From Phormidium sp. (GTDB lineage: Bacteria; Cyanobacteriota; Cyanobacteriia; Cyanobacteriales; Aerosakkonemataceae): a stretch of DNA of 64,000 nucleotides. The position numbers were made by a program, and so were the translations under genes. The notes beneath the pieces were generated by a model that was not told where the DNA came from, searched no databases, and saw only the letters and a list, made by a program, of their open reading frames with translations. Below are positions 8,712 to 17,579 of this stretch, piece after piece. Location of the stretch: NCBI GenBank assembly GCA_051013385.1, contig CP143273.1, positions 1,856,001-1,920,000 on the forward strand, in the 5' to 3' direction. Every line of letters begins with the position of its first letter. Within the stretch, counting starts at the first letter, position 1.

Positions 8712-9409
8712 TATTCCCCAGTCCCCAATCCCCAATCCCCAGTCCCCAATCCCCTCACCACTCTGCCAAAACCTCGTAATTGCTGATAATAACCTTTGCT
8801 AACTTCATCATCTCGATCGGAAAGTGAATCGATCGCAATTCCATTCCGCCCTAACTTTTCCCCAGAACTGTGAATATAACAGTTATTGCCTAAATAAAGT
8901 CCCACATGAGTCGCCTTTTCATTATTACCAAAAAAGACAAAATCCCCCGGTTGTAACTCTTCAAAAGTCACCTTTTCTAGAAAAGCTTCCTGTTGATAAG
9001 CATCTCTGGGAATCCAAATACCGGAAGCAGCAAAAGCAGCTTGCATCAATCCCGAACAATCGTAATTTGGCCCTAATGTACCACCCCAGAGGTAACAATT
9101 GGGTTGTTGCATGGCATTTTGGGTAAAAGCAATGATTTCGGGTAACTTATTTTGAATTTCTTGGGGAGAAAGTGCGATCGCCTGATATGCTACTTCTGCC
9201 TGTAAGAGAAACTTTAAATCATCCTTTAGCAACCATCCCGGATAATTATCCTCCAGCAAACAAACTGAAACCGCCATATCCGCTGACTCTGACAAAACTT
9301 TCAGGTAACGTCCCACTTTAGCCTGAGTTGCCAAACGATTACAACTAGGAGAATCATATATATTGAGGTCTGTTTGGCAGATGTACTCAATTGATAGACT
9401 AAGGTTCAT
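8711..9409 (-). CDS. NlpC/P60 (C40) peptidase
   Basis: 'YLWGG..YDCSGL', 'PRDA..Q', 'PGDFVFF' and 'HVGLY..YIHSS'. Confidence 0.9.
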   Translation of the reverse strand: MNLSLSIEYICQTDLNIYDSPSCNRLATQAKVGRYLKVLSESADMAVSVCLLEDNYPGWLLKDDLKFLLQAEVAYQAIALSPQEIQNKLPEIIAFTQNAMQQPNCYLWGGTLGPNYDCSGLMQAAFAASGIWIPRDAYQQEAFLEKVTFEELQPGDFVFFGNNEKATHVGLYLGNNCYIHSSGEKLGRNGIAIDSLSDRDDEVSKGYYQQLRGFGRVVRGLGTGDWGLGTGE

Positions 9410-9517
9410 AACACCTACTACTTTCAGGAGTGCTTCAGAGATCAAAAGTGACTTTGCCTAAAATATTTCTGGGTAAAGTTAAAAATCAACCATGAACAAT
9501 TTACATCTAGCAATAGA

Positions 9518-10453
9518 ATGAGCTTTTTCCGCAAAGACGAAAAACTAGAAAGTCTGGGTAATCAGATTTTACAGGCAACTTGGGCAGAATTCCCCGAATT
9601 AGGTCACAACCAAGTAGCCATGACTTGGATTGTCTACGATCCTCCCGTCGTAGTAAATACTGGAGGTGCCCTAAATCCCGAAACCTTTTGGCAACACCAA
9701 GTTCGCGGTTTTAATTATCGGGGATTCGATCGCATTTATCCCGCCAGCATCGTCAAGCTATTCTACCTCGTTGCCGTTTACGAATGGATCGAAAAAGGCA
9801 TGATCCAAACCTCCGCCGAGTTAGAAAGAGCGATCCGCGATATGATCGTAGACTCCAGCAACGATGCCACCAGCTTAATAGTCGATGTATTAACAGGCAC
9901 CACCAGTGGGCCAGAACTCACAACAGGGCCATTTGAAACTTGGAAATTACAGCGGAACTTAGTTAACCGCTACTTTCATTCTCTAGGATGGGCAGAATTA
10001 GAAACCATCAACGTCAACCAAAAAACTTGGTGTGATGGTCCCTACGGGCGGGAACGCTTGTTTGTCGGAGAAATGATGGAAAATCGCAATATGCTGACCA
10101 CCAACGCCACCGCCCGCTTGCTACATAGCATTATTGGCGGAGTTGCGGTATCCTCCAGAGCATCCCAAGCAATGATGGCATTAATGAAACGTGACCTGAA
10201 ACGGGTTGACTTAAACAGCAACGACGAAAATCAAATTACAGGTTTTCTCGGTGGAGGACTTCCCCAAAACGCCCAAATTTGGTCAAAAGCTGGTTGGACA
10301 AGTCAAGTGCGTCATGATGCTGCATACATTGAGATTCCCGACAAACCACCTTACTTGTTAATCGTCTTTACCGAAGGCAAAGCCCACAGTCAGAACAAAG
10401 CCATTTTACCTTTCATCTCTCGGCAAGTACTTGCCGCTACAAGCAACCTATGA
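9518..10453 (+). CDS. Serine hydrolase, class A beta-lactamase-like
   Basis: SxxK ('ASIVK'), 'SSNDAT' and 'SKAG'. Confidence 0.85.
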   Translation: MSFFRKDEKLESLGNQILQATWAEFPELGHNQVAMTWIVYDPPVVVNTGGALNPETFWQHQVRGFNYRGFDRIYPASIVKLFYLVAVYEWIEKGMIQTSAELERAIRDMIVDSSNDATSLIVDVLTGTTSGPELTTGPFETWKLQRNLVNRYFHSLGWAELETINVNQKTWCDGPYGRERLFVGEMMENRNMLTTNATARLLHSIIGGVAVSSRASQAMMALMKRDLKRVDLNSNDENQITGFLGGGLPQNAQIWSKAGWTSQVRHDAAYIEIPDKPPYLLIVFTEGKAHSQNKAILPFISRQVLAATSNL

Positions 10454-10523
10454 GTTTGTGAAAAACCTTTTGGGTTATCACTGTAGGATGGGCATCTTGC
10501 CCGTCTAATCATCAGATAGTAGA

Positions 10524-10553
10524 AAAACGTAGTATAAAGGAGTAAAACGTAGT
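10524..10553 (+). promoter_or_regulatory. IS607 left-end repeats (candidate TnpA binding sites)
   Basis: AAAACGTAGT / ATAAAGGAGT / AAAACGTAGT in 10-bp phase, just upstream of tnpA. Confidence 0.6.
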
Positions 10554-10563
10554 GAAATGAGGT

Positions 10564-11148
10564 ATGTATCTAACACCGAAACAAGTGTATCAGAAGTATG
10601 GATATCACCCTAAGACGTTAGCTGACTGGGCTGATGCAGGCAAGATTCCTTGTATCAAGTCAGCGGGAGGGCATCGCAGATACCCAGTTCTGGCACTGGA
10701 AAACATGAAAAGCGAACCCAGTGTCGCTTTCGCCAAGGTGGTAACTTACGCCAGAGTATCGACACAATCCCAAAAAGAAGACTTGCAATCGCAGATTGAT
10801 TACCTAGCGTCAAGATATCCCAACTGCGAGTGCATAAGCGACATTGGCTCAGGATTGAACTTTAAACGAAAGAAATTTCTGAGATTAATGCAAAGAGTTG
10901 CAGATCGAGAAATTCAGACTTTGGTAGTGGCACACAAAGACAGGCTATGCAGGTTTGGTTTCGATTTTGTGGAATGGTTCTGCAACCTAAATAACTGCGA
11001 AATTGTTGTTCTAAACAACAACTATCAATCTCCTCAGCAAGAGTTCTTGGAGGATTTTATGGCAATCATGCACTGCTTCAGCGCCAAATTATACTTCCTG
11101 AGAAAATACGAAAAACAGATGGTCTCAGAGTTAGACAAAACACTGTGA
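10564..11148 (+). CDS. tnpA: IS607 transposase TnpA (MerR-like HTH + serine recombinase)
   Basis: 'GGHRRY', catalytic 'YARVST', 'DIGSGLNFKRK' and 'HKDRLCRFGF'. Confidence 0.95.
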   Translation: MYLTPKQVYQKYGYHPKTLADWADAGKIPCIKSAGGHRRYPVLALENMKSEPSVAFAKVVTYARVSTQSQKEDLQSQIDYLASRYPNCECISDIGSGLNFKRKKFLRLMQRVADREIQTLVVAHKDRLCRFGFDFVEWFCNLNNCEIVVLNNNYQSPQQEFLEDFMAIMHCFSAKLYFLRKYEKQMVSELDKTL

Positions 11149-11190
11149 ATCGGAGTATACTAAAAGTAATTCAATCTCCTGGTTTCAGTT

Positions 11191-12492
11191 GTGCTAAAAG
11201 CCAAGAAAGGATTCTCAATAACCACTAAGTCGGTCAAGGCAAAACTTGAGCGAACAAGAGTGAATCAGCAAGAAACCAAAGATGCCTACAATGAAGTAGT
11301 GCATTTTTATTTCTTGCTGATTGAAGAAGATCCTCTTGGCTTAACAATCCCCAAAACAGATAAGGGAGGATGGCGCTACTACGAAATCAAAACATTGAAC
11401 GATGAATTCATTAAGGGATTGCCTTCACCATTCAAGAGAGCCGCAATTCGTCAAGCCATTGGTGCTTATGAATCGTGGCACAGCAATTACCAAAGATGGC
11501 TGAATCGTCCCAAAAAGATGAAGCGCCACAAACCACCAGTACATCCCAGGAAGTTCAACTTTAATCCTCAATATGATTCTGGGATGTGGAAGGAAGATGA
11601 TGGCGCTTCCATCGTTTTAAAAGTATTGGTTAATGGTGAATGGAAATGGATTAAGCATCAATATCAAAGCCCAGAAATTGAATTGGACTGGGTAAAATGC
11701 TCTCCGAGAGTGCAGGTGAAAGGTAACTCCTTTTGGTTGGTTTTCCCAATCGAGAAATATGTACCTGCTACTGGAGGGATTAAAAAGATTATGTCAACCC
11801 CTAAGTTTAGAACTTGCGGGATTGACATGGATCTCGACAAACACATTGCGATTTGCACCGTACTAGAAACCAACGCCAGAGGCGAATCGACGGAAGTTGC
11901 TAGATTTTTTATCAATCAGTCAGGCCATGTAGCGCGTAGGAAGCGGAATCTAGGACGGATTGCGGTCAAAATGAATCAAACTGGCATTATTTCCCAAGGC
12001 TTTGCTAACCAACGGTGGCAGAAATTATCGAGGCGAGAGGTAGAGTTTTCTAGGGATGTATCCAGGCTAATTGTCGAATTTGCTAGACATTGGCAAGTTA
12101 AAGTTATTAGCTTCGAGCATTTAGGAAACCTACGTCCCCAAAGAGGAAAATACTCTAAGCGATCCAATCAAAAACGTGCTTATTGGTTAAAAAGCAAAGT
12201 TTACGAACAAGTGAAAAGAATTGCTTTTCAGGATTATGGAATATTGGTAACTAGGGTTAATCCGAGAAATACCAGCAAACTTAGTCCTGATGGGATTCCT
12301 GTGTGGAGAGGCAATCAGTTTCCTAGTTCAATATGGGAGTTTTTGGAGTATCAATCAGGCGCTAACTTTGTCGCTACTCCTGATGGTTATAAAGCTCATT
12401 CGGGACTTAATGCTGCTCGAAATATCGCTCTCAAAGCGATTAAGCGTAACTTGCCAGAAGCTACGCTTAAACTCAAAAGCCTAGAGCGGTAA
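11191..12492 (+). CDS. tnpB: TnpB-family RNA-guided nuclease homologue with atypical RuvC motifs
   Basis: RuvC-I 'CGIDMD', RuvC-II 'ISFEHL', 'RVNPRNTSK' and RuvC-III-like 'HSGLNAARNIA'. Lies downstream of tnpA. Confidence 0.85.
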   Translation: MLKAKKGFSITTKSVKAKLERTRVNQQETKDAYNEVVHFYFLLIEEDPLGLTIPKTDKGGWRYYEIKTLNDEFIKGLPSPFKRAAIRQAIGAYESWHSNYQRWLNRPKKMKRHKPPVHPRKFNFNPQYDSGMWKEDDGASIVLKVLVNGEWKWIKHQYQSPEIELDWVKCSPRVQVKGNSFWLVFPIEKYVPATGGIKKIMSTPKFRTCGIDMDLDKHIAICTVLETNARGESTEVARFFINQSGHVARRKRNLGRIAVKMNQTGIISQGFANQRWQKLSRREVEFSRDVSRLIVEFARHWQVKVISFEHLGNLRPQRGKYSKRSNQKRAYWLKSKVYEQVKRIAFQDYGILVTRVNPRNTSKLSPDGIPVWRGNQFPSSIWEFLEYQSGANFVATPDGYKAHSGLNAARNIALKAIKRNLPEATLKLKSLER

Positions 12493-12735
12493 CGCTAATG
12501 GTGTGCAATCAAACTTGAACGGTAAGCAACGCCACTTTGATTGTACTGGGCTTGGGTAGACTGCGCCTAATGATTCCTACGCTCACTACGCCCCATCGGT
12601 CGGATCTAGTATCCAATAGGCTTAGGGATGCGCTTACAGAGGAGTCTAAAAAGTGAACCGAATTACGCTGTTTGGCTACGCTTTACTGCGTTTTTGGGCT
12701 ACTCCTTATAAGATCGGGCAGAAGGCAAAAGAGCT
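12493..12735 (+). ncRNA. Candidate omega/reRNA scaffold plus guide for TnpB
   Basis: Non-coding, with several stems (GTGCAATCAAA/TTTGATTGTAC; GCGCCTAA/TTAGGGATGCGC; AGGAGTCTAAAAA/TTTTTGGGCTACTCCT), ending at the element right end. Boundaries are inferred. Confidence 0.55.
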
Positions 12736-12869
12736 TTTTACTTGGTGCGAAAATCCTTCCTCTGGTGAGTAGCAAAACTTATAAAAATCTCTTAGATTAA
12801 AATTATAGAATGAAATTTAGTATAAAATTTCACTGATATTTGAAGGTTGAACCACTTTGTTTGTGAGGA

Positions 12870-13730
12870 GTGACAGTGAATAACCTTTTTTTGCAACGCG
12901 CTATTTTTCTGCTTAGTCTTACAGCTATGGCTGGTGGAATTGGTAATTTACCCGCACAAGCTGAAACACCAAAAGTGAAAATGTCGGGTAATTCTGAGTC
13001 GATGGTTGCCCAAAGTAATCAGCAAAACTTGGAACAAAGATCATCAAGTAACTTAGGGGAAGTTGACCAATCAAATATAGTATCTGCGATCGATTCGGCA
13101 GAACAACAATTAACAAATTCTTCATCTGACGACAAAAGTTCACCAGTTCCAGGGACAACTCTTACATCGGCGGCAAATCTGCTAGGTCAAACTGTTACTA
13201 ACTCTAATTCCCGAACTTCTACCGCTACAACAGAGAACACTAGAACCAGTAATTCTGGAACCAAAAAGGGGACTCAAGTAGCACAGTTTGAAATAGAACC
13301 AGGTCGAGAAACTCGTTCCGGTTCTAGCTACGTTGGTGCTGGCGGTAACATCGGTTTAAGTGGTGAATCGGGAATCGGAGAAAATGGTTTTGCCTTATTT
13401 AGTAAAATTGGTTTAACCAGGGCATTATCTGTGCGACCAATGGTGGTTTTTGCTGGTGATACTGACTTTATCATCCCGATAACTTACGATTTTGCGATCA
13501 CCGCCGAACCATTCCAAAGAATTAATTTAGCTCCTTTTGTCGGTATAGGCGCAATTATCACTACCTATCGCGAACGCAATGCTGGTCTTGCCTTAACGGG
13601 CGGTGTAGATATTCCCATCACAGCGAATTTTACCGCTGTAGGTAGCGTCACACTAGGTTTTGTCGATACTACAAGTGTGGGTATATTGTTGGGTGTAGGT
13701 TATAACTTCGGTCAAGGATTTAGATTCTAA
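12870..13730 (+). CDS. Outer-membrane beta-barrel protein (paralogue 1)
   Basis: Signal peptide, S/T-rich linker, amphipathic strands, 'GVGYNF' and a terminal Phe. Confidence 0.7.
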   Translation: MTVNNLFLQRAIFLLSLTAMAGGIGNLPAQAETPKVKMSGNSESMVAQSNQQNLEQRSSSNLGEVDQSNIVSAIDSAEQQLTNSSSDDKSSPVPGTTLTSAANLLGQTVTNSNSRTSTATTENTRTSNSGTKKGTQVAQFEIEPGRETRSGSSYVGAGGNIGLSGESGIGENGFALFSKIGLTRALSVRPMVVFAGDTDFIIPITYDFAITAEPFQRINLAPFVGIGAIITTYRERNAGLALTGGVDIPITANFTAVGSVTLGFVDTTSVGILLGVGYNFGQGFRF

Positions 13731-14047
13731 GATTTCGTGAATGGGGACAATTGTCTGCCGATTCTCTAGAAATGTGGATTGCACCCCTTTCTTTGCAGAA
13801 GGGGGTTTGCTTCCTAAATTACCTGAGAAATTATCAGGAAAAATACTATTGATAAATCAAAGAAAATTATTTACAGAATTTTGTCAACTTATTGTATAGT
13901 TGCTTACCTTAAATTGTTACTTTAAGATTTTATAGCCTTAAGTAGGAAAATTTATAAAAATCGCTCAATGCTAAAATTAACCATATAGAATAAAATTAAT
14001 CATAGTGTGATTTTGACTTTTGGCAATAAACCAAGTCTTTGTGAGGA

Positions 14048-14842
14048 GTGACCGTGAGTAATATTACTTTTGATTTCCAGAGAAACATTTTTCTATATGT
14101 TGGTGCGATCGCCAGTGGATTAACTGTATCCTTAACTACTCTTAATGGATTACCCGCCCAAGCTGAAACAGTTAATAATAGCAGCCCAAAGATTCAACAA
14201 ACCGTTAACAGTAACATTCTGATCCAAGACTTAACCTTAACATCAGAAGAAATTTCCCCAACCCCAAAAGCAGCTGCTTTCAACATTCAATCAGAAGCAA
14301 CACAAACCGAAATCCCAAAAGCAGAAGCAAAAAACCAACCCTTTCCGGGAACAACAGAAACCTCAGCCTCAGTTTTGTTAGAACAACCTCAAACAAAAAG
14401 TCAACTCGCACAATTTGGCGATGTTGAACCTAGTCGGACAACTACTGGTAGCGGTTACATAGGCATTGGCGGTAACTTAGGAGTTGCAGGCGGCACAGCC
14501 ATAGGAGATTTAGGCTTTACCCTGTTTGCCAGATTTGGCTTGAGTAGAAATTTTTCCGTCAGACCAGCCTTAATAATTGGCAATGATTTCGACATTCTCT
14601 TGCCAATAACTTATGACTTTGCCATAGAAAATACTCCTTTCCTGCCTTTCGTTGGCGGTGGCTTGCTAATCACAACTGAAAGTGGCAATGTCGGCGGCTT
14701 AATTACAGGCGGAATTGATGTTCCCATCAGCAGGCAATTTACCGCCACAGGTCGCTTGAACGTTGGCTTTACCAGTAAGGATGCCGCACTTGGATTCATC
14801 TTCGGTATAGGCTACAACTTCGCCCCCGGATTTGGATTCTAA
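14048..14842 (+). CDS. Outer-membrane beta-barrel protein (paralogue 2)
   Basis: Same architecture, sharing 'PITYDF', 'TGG.D.PI' and 'G.GYNF..GF.F' with paralogue 1. Confidence 0.7.
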   Translation: MTVSNITFDFQRNIFLYVGAIASGLTVSLTTLNGLPAQAETVNNSSPKIQQTVNSNILIQDLTLTSEEISPTPKAAAFNIQSEATQTEIPKAEAKNQPFPGTTETSASVLLEQPQTKSQLAQFGDVEPSRTTTGSGYIGIGGNLGVAGGTAIGDLGFTLFARFGLSRNFSVRPALIIGNDFDILLPITYDFAIENTPFLPFVGGGLLITTESGNVGGLITGGIDVPISRQFTATGRLNVGFTSKDAALGFIFGIGYNFAPGFGF

Positions 14843-14888
14843 GGCAACAGGAACAAAGGGACAAGGGAACAAGGGGAAGTTTTGAGTT

Positions 14889-15023
14889 GTAGGGGCGGGT
14901 TTAACAAAGAATTCCCTGGTCAGAGCAGAAGAGTTCACAACAAAACTCGCCCTTACAGAGTTTTGAGTTAAGACGTTTTCTTGCCCCGAGAGCCCCGAGA
15001 GCCCCGAGAGCCCCGAGAGCCCC
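14889..15023. repeat. REP-like inverted repeat, heptamers and a (GAGCCCCGA)n 9-mer array
   Basis: TGTAGGGGCGGGTTT..AAACTCGCCCTTACA followed by tandem 9-mers. Confidence 0.7.
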
Positions 15024-16408
15024 TACTTTGGGCTAACTTTCCCTGTTACCTTCAATTTACCGTCATCTAAGACAGTCCAAACATCGTAGCTGCCGATGAC
15101 ATCGCCATTTTCATCGATGTCAACGTTGCCGCTAGCACCTTGGTAATTAATGTCTTTGCCTTGACGGACTAATTCCAAAGCTTTGCAAACGTCAGTTACT
15201 TCTTCACCAGGGGCATTCGCAACTTCGCGAATTTTACTTTTAATTCCTTCCCCGGTGTTTGATTTAGAAGCTTGTGCTGCCAATGCTAACAAAGCAGCAG
15301 CATCCCAAGAGTGGGGAACAAAAGCGCTTACCGGGCGTTTTTCCTTTGCTTCCCAAGATTTGGTGAACTCTGTAAGTGATTGACCGCTGGCACCGGGAAC
15401 AGTTCCGATCGCATTCGCTAAAATAAACTTACCATCACTAGTTTTGCCCACTTGTGGCGGAAATTCAGGAGAATACACACCATCGGTAAGCATTACCGTG
15501 ACTCCCTTCATTAACCCTTGTTCGTAAGCAGACTTAAGCAACAAAGAACCAGTTTCAGCATACAAAACTGCTACTACCGCATCAGGTTTACCAGCAAAAG
15601 CCGCCGATGCTTCTGATTCAAACGTAGTTGCTTTTGGGTCATAACGAGTCGGTTTAGCTTCGTTGACTACCGTTCCCCCCAAAGCTTTAAAGGCTTTGAC
15701 AAATTCCTGTTCAAAACCTACACCGTAATCATTATTAATTACAACCGTAGAAACTCGCTTAAAGCCTCTTTCACTCGCTAGTTTAGCTAAAGCTTGCGCC
15801 TGATAAGTATCTGGTGGGGCAGTCCGCGCCCAAAAACCTTCGAAATCACCCTTTTTGGCTCTTTCGGTAAATACTGGACTCGTACTACCAGGAGAAATTA
15901 ACATTACTTTGTTCCGGGCGGCAATATCTACAGCAGCACTAGACACACTACTAGCAAAAGAACCCACAACTCCGGCAACTTTATCCACTTCCGCTAGTTT
16001 AGTCATTGCCGCTGCCCCAGCTTCCGGTTTCGTTTGGTCATCTTCCGCAACTAAAGTGATAGGTTGACCGTTGACACCACCACATTTATTGACAGTTTCC
16101 ACTAACAACGGCACAGCAGCCATCATCGGTTGTCCAATGGATGCTAAGTCCCCAGTCGAAGGTAGCAAATAACCAAGTCGCAACCCATTTCCCGTCGCCG
16201 CTGGCGTTGGCGCAGCAGTAGGGGTAGTGGCAGCATTTTGGGCAGCGGGGGTGGCGGTGGTAACACCAGCGTTGTTGGTAGTGGTGCTTTGACAAGCAGC
16301 TGCCAAAAAGCCTGTAATTAAAGGGATAATGGCGAGAGTAAGTTTTGTTTTAAGCTGTAGGATAGGCATCTTGCCTGTCTCACTTGGTTTTTTCGGTCTT
16401 TTCATCAT
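15023..16408 (-). CDS. ABC transporter substrate-binding lipoprotein, branched-chain/neutral amino acid (LivJ/NatB-like)
   Basis: Lipobox 'LAAAC', 'GGVNG' and 'NYQGASG.VDIDENGD'. The start (16408 or 16369) is uncertain. Confidence 0.85.
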   Translation of the reverse strand: MMKRPKKPSETGKMPILQLKTKLTLAIIPLITGFLAAACQSTTTNNAGVTTATPAAQNAATTPTAAPTPAATGNGLRLGYLLPSTGDLASIGQPMMAAVPLLVETVNKCGGVNGQPITLVAEDDQTKPEAGAAAMTKLAEVDKVAGVVGSFASSVSSAAVDIAARNKVMLISPGSTSPVFTERAKKGDFEGFWARTAPPDTYQAQALAKLASERGFKRVSTVVINNDYGVGFEQEFVKAFKALGGTVVNEAKPTRYDPKATTFESEASAAFAGKPDAVVAVLYAETGSLLLKSAYEQGLMKGVTVMLTDGVYSPEFPPQVGKTSDGKFILANAIGTVPGASGQSLTEFTKSWEAKEKRPVSAFVPHSWDAAALLALAAQASKSNTGEGIKSKIREVANAPGEEVTDVCKALELVRQGKDINYQGASGNVDIDENGDVIGSYDVWTVLDDGKLKVTGKVSPK

Positions 16409-16537
16409 TTGGCTACTGAACTTCTCCTCAGTCAACTACAAATACAGGGCAAAATTGGCTCTTTGATTTTAACCTTCAGTTGGTTGACAAAAACTTTACC
16501 ATCTTCTATTAGTTTCGCCAAAATTACTCAGATGCGC

Positions 16538-16576
16538 TTGAGCTCCCCGACTTCTTCAAGAAGTCGGGGAGCTCAA
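16538..16576. repeat. Perfect 19-bp-arm palindrome
   Basis: TTGAGCTCCCCGACTTCTT-C-AAGAAGTCGGGGAGCTCAA. Confidence 0.9.
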
Positions 16577-17335
16577 TATATAGTCACTGGTGAAAGTAAA
16601 ATATTCCACTGCATTCTCCTCTAAGTCTTTGCGCTCTGCAACCAAAGCACCTGTGTATTCTGGGTTGGGTTTGAATTCAGTACAAAACCAGTGTGTGTTG
16701 AGTAAAATATTACTTTCTGTGTTGTGTAAATTAATGGCGTTTTCCGCACTAAAAGAAACTGCGATCGCTTGCAGTCCACTCAATCCTTCCCCAGTCGCTT
16801 TGAGATAAGCTTCCTTAATAGTCCAAAACCGAAAAAATAGTTGTTGCTGTTGTGATTCTGGTAGGGCATTAATTAAGCTAGATTCACTTCGGGAAAAAAA
16901 GCGTTCTGCTAATTGTTGTACATCAGCGATCTGGCGCAAATACTCTAAATCAATGCCAACTGCACGATTAAGCGCGATCGCATAAACTGCTAAATCTTGC
17001 GAATGAGATACATTAAAACACAGCCTCGCTTCAGTATCAATATTATTGAGCTCCGGCTTCCCTTGCTGCGAGTACCTAAACTCTAGTCGATCGGGTTCTA
17101 TATTCAAATAGCGACTCAAAATAATTCTTAATAATCCCCGACTGGCAATATACTTTTTTTTATCTCGTTCAAAATAAAACCTGTCTGCCCTCTGCCGTTC
17201 ATCTAAAGACAAATGTACCGCTAACTTTGTCAATAACTCTGGCGGTAAATCTAGATCGGCCCGCCAAATATGTAGAGCGTTTTTTAGATTAGTTAAATTA
17301 ATTAAATTTTTGCTGGGGAAATGCCATAATATCAT
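16556..17335 (-). CDS. Sfp-type 4'-phosphopantetheinyl transferase
   Basis: 'GKP', 'FNVSHS', 'VGIDLE' and 'WTIKEAYLKATGEG'. Confidence 0.92.
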   Translation of the reverse strand: MILWHFPSKNLINLTNLKNALHIWRADLDLPPELLTKLAVHLSLDERQRADRFYFERDKKKYIASRGLLRIILSRYLNIEPDRLEFRYSQQGKPELNNIDTEARLCFNVSHSQDLAVYAIALNRAVGIDLEYLRQIADVQQLAERFFSRSESSLINALPESQQQQLFFRFWTIKEAYLKATGEGLSGLQAIAVSFSAENAINLHNTESNILLNTHWFCTEFKPNPEYTGALVAERKDLEENAVEYFTFTSDYILSSPTS

Positions 17336-17579
17336 AAAAGTGGAAAATCTTTTACTCTCGGATTAAGATAGATTATCAAACCTAGATTAGGAGCTTAAAT
17401 GTAAAATACCATAATCTTAAAGCCACCAAGCTGAAAGAGCAAATATAGAACACCATTTTACAACCTTAGTGTCAATGCCCAAAAAATAAGTTAAAGATAA
17501 ATTCTGAATCAAAGGAAAAATTTTGCAGTGAAGAAGTGACTTTTCTTAACTTATAAGTTTTCCTAAACCTTATCCGCCT

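Larger units (their letters stand above)
10514..12714 (+). mobile_element. IS607-family insertion sequence (tnpA + tnpB), apparently complete
   Basis: Serine recombinase and TnpB genes, 10-bp periodic left-end motifs, and AGAT at both junctions (10514-10517 and 12711-12714). Removing the element restores a hairpin in the flanks. Confidence 0.85.

Noticed and set aside
10454..10563. IStron (group I intron fused to IS607)
   Set aside because: There are only about 50 bp between the inferred left end and tnpA, too little for a ribozyme core, and no host gene is interrupted.
12493..12870. CRISPR array next to tnpB (Cas12f-like locus)
   Set aside because: No repeat-spacer periodicity is visible, only hairpins and short motifs.
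16556..17335. PPTase as a marker of an NRPS/PKS cluster
   Set aside because: No carrier-protein, NRPS or PKS genes occur in the window.
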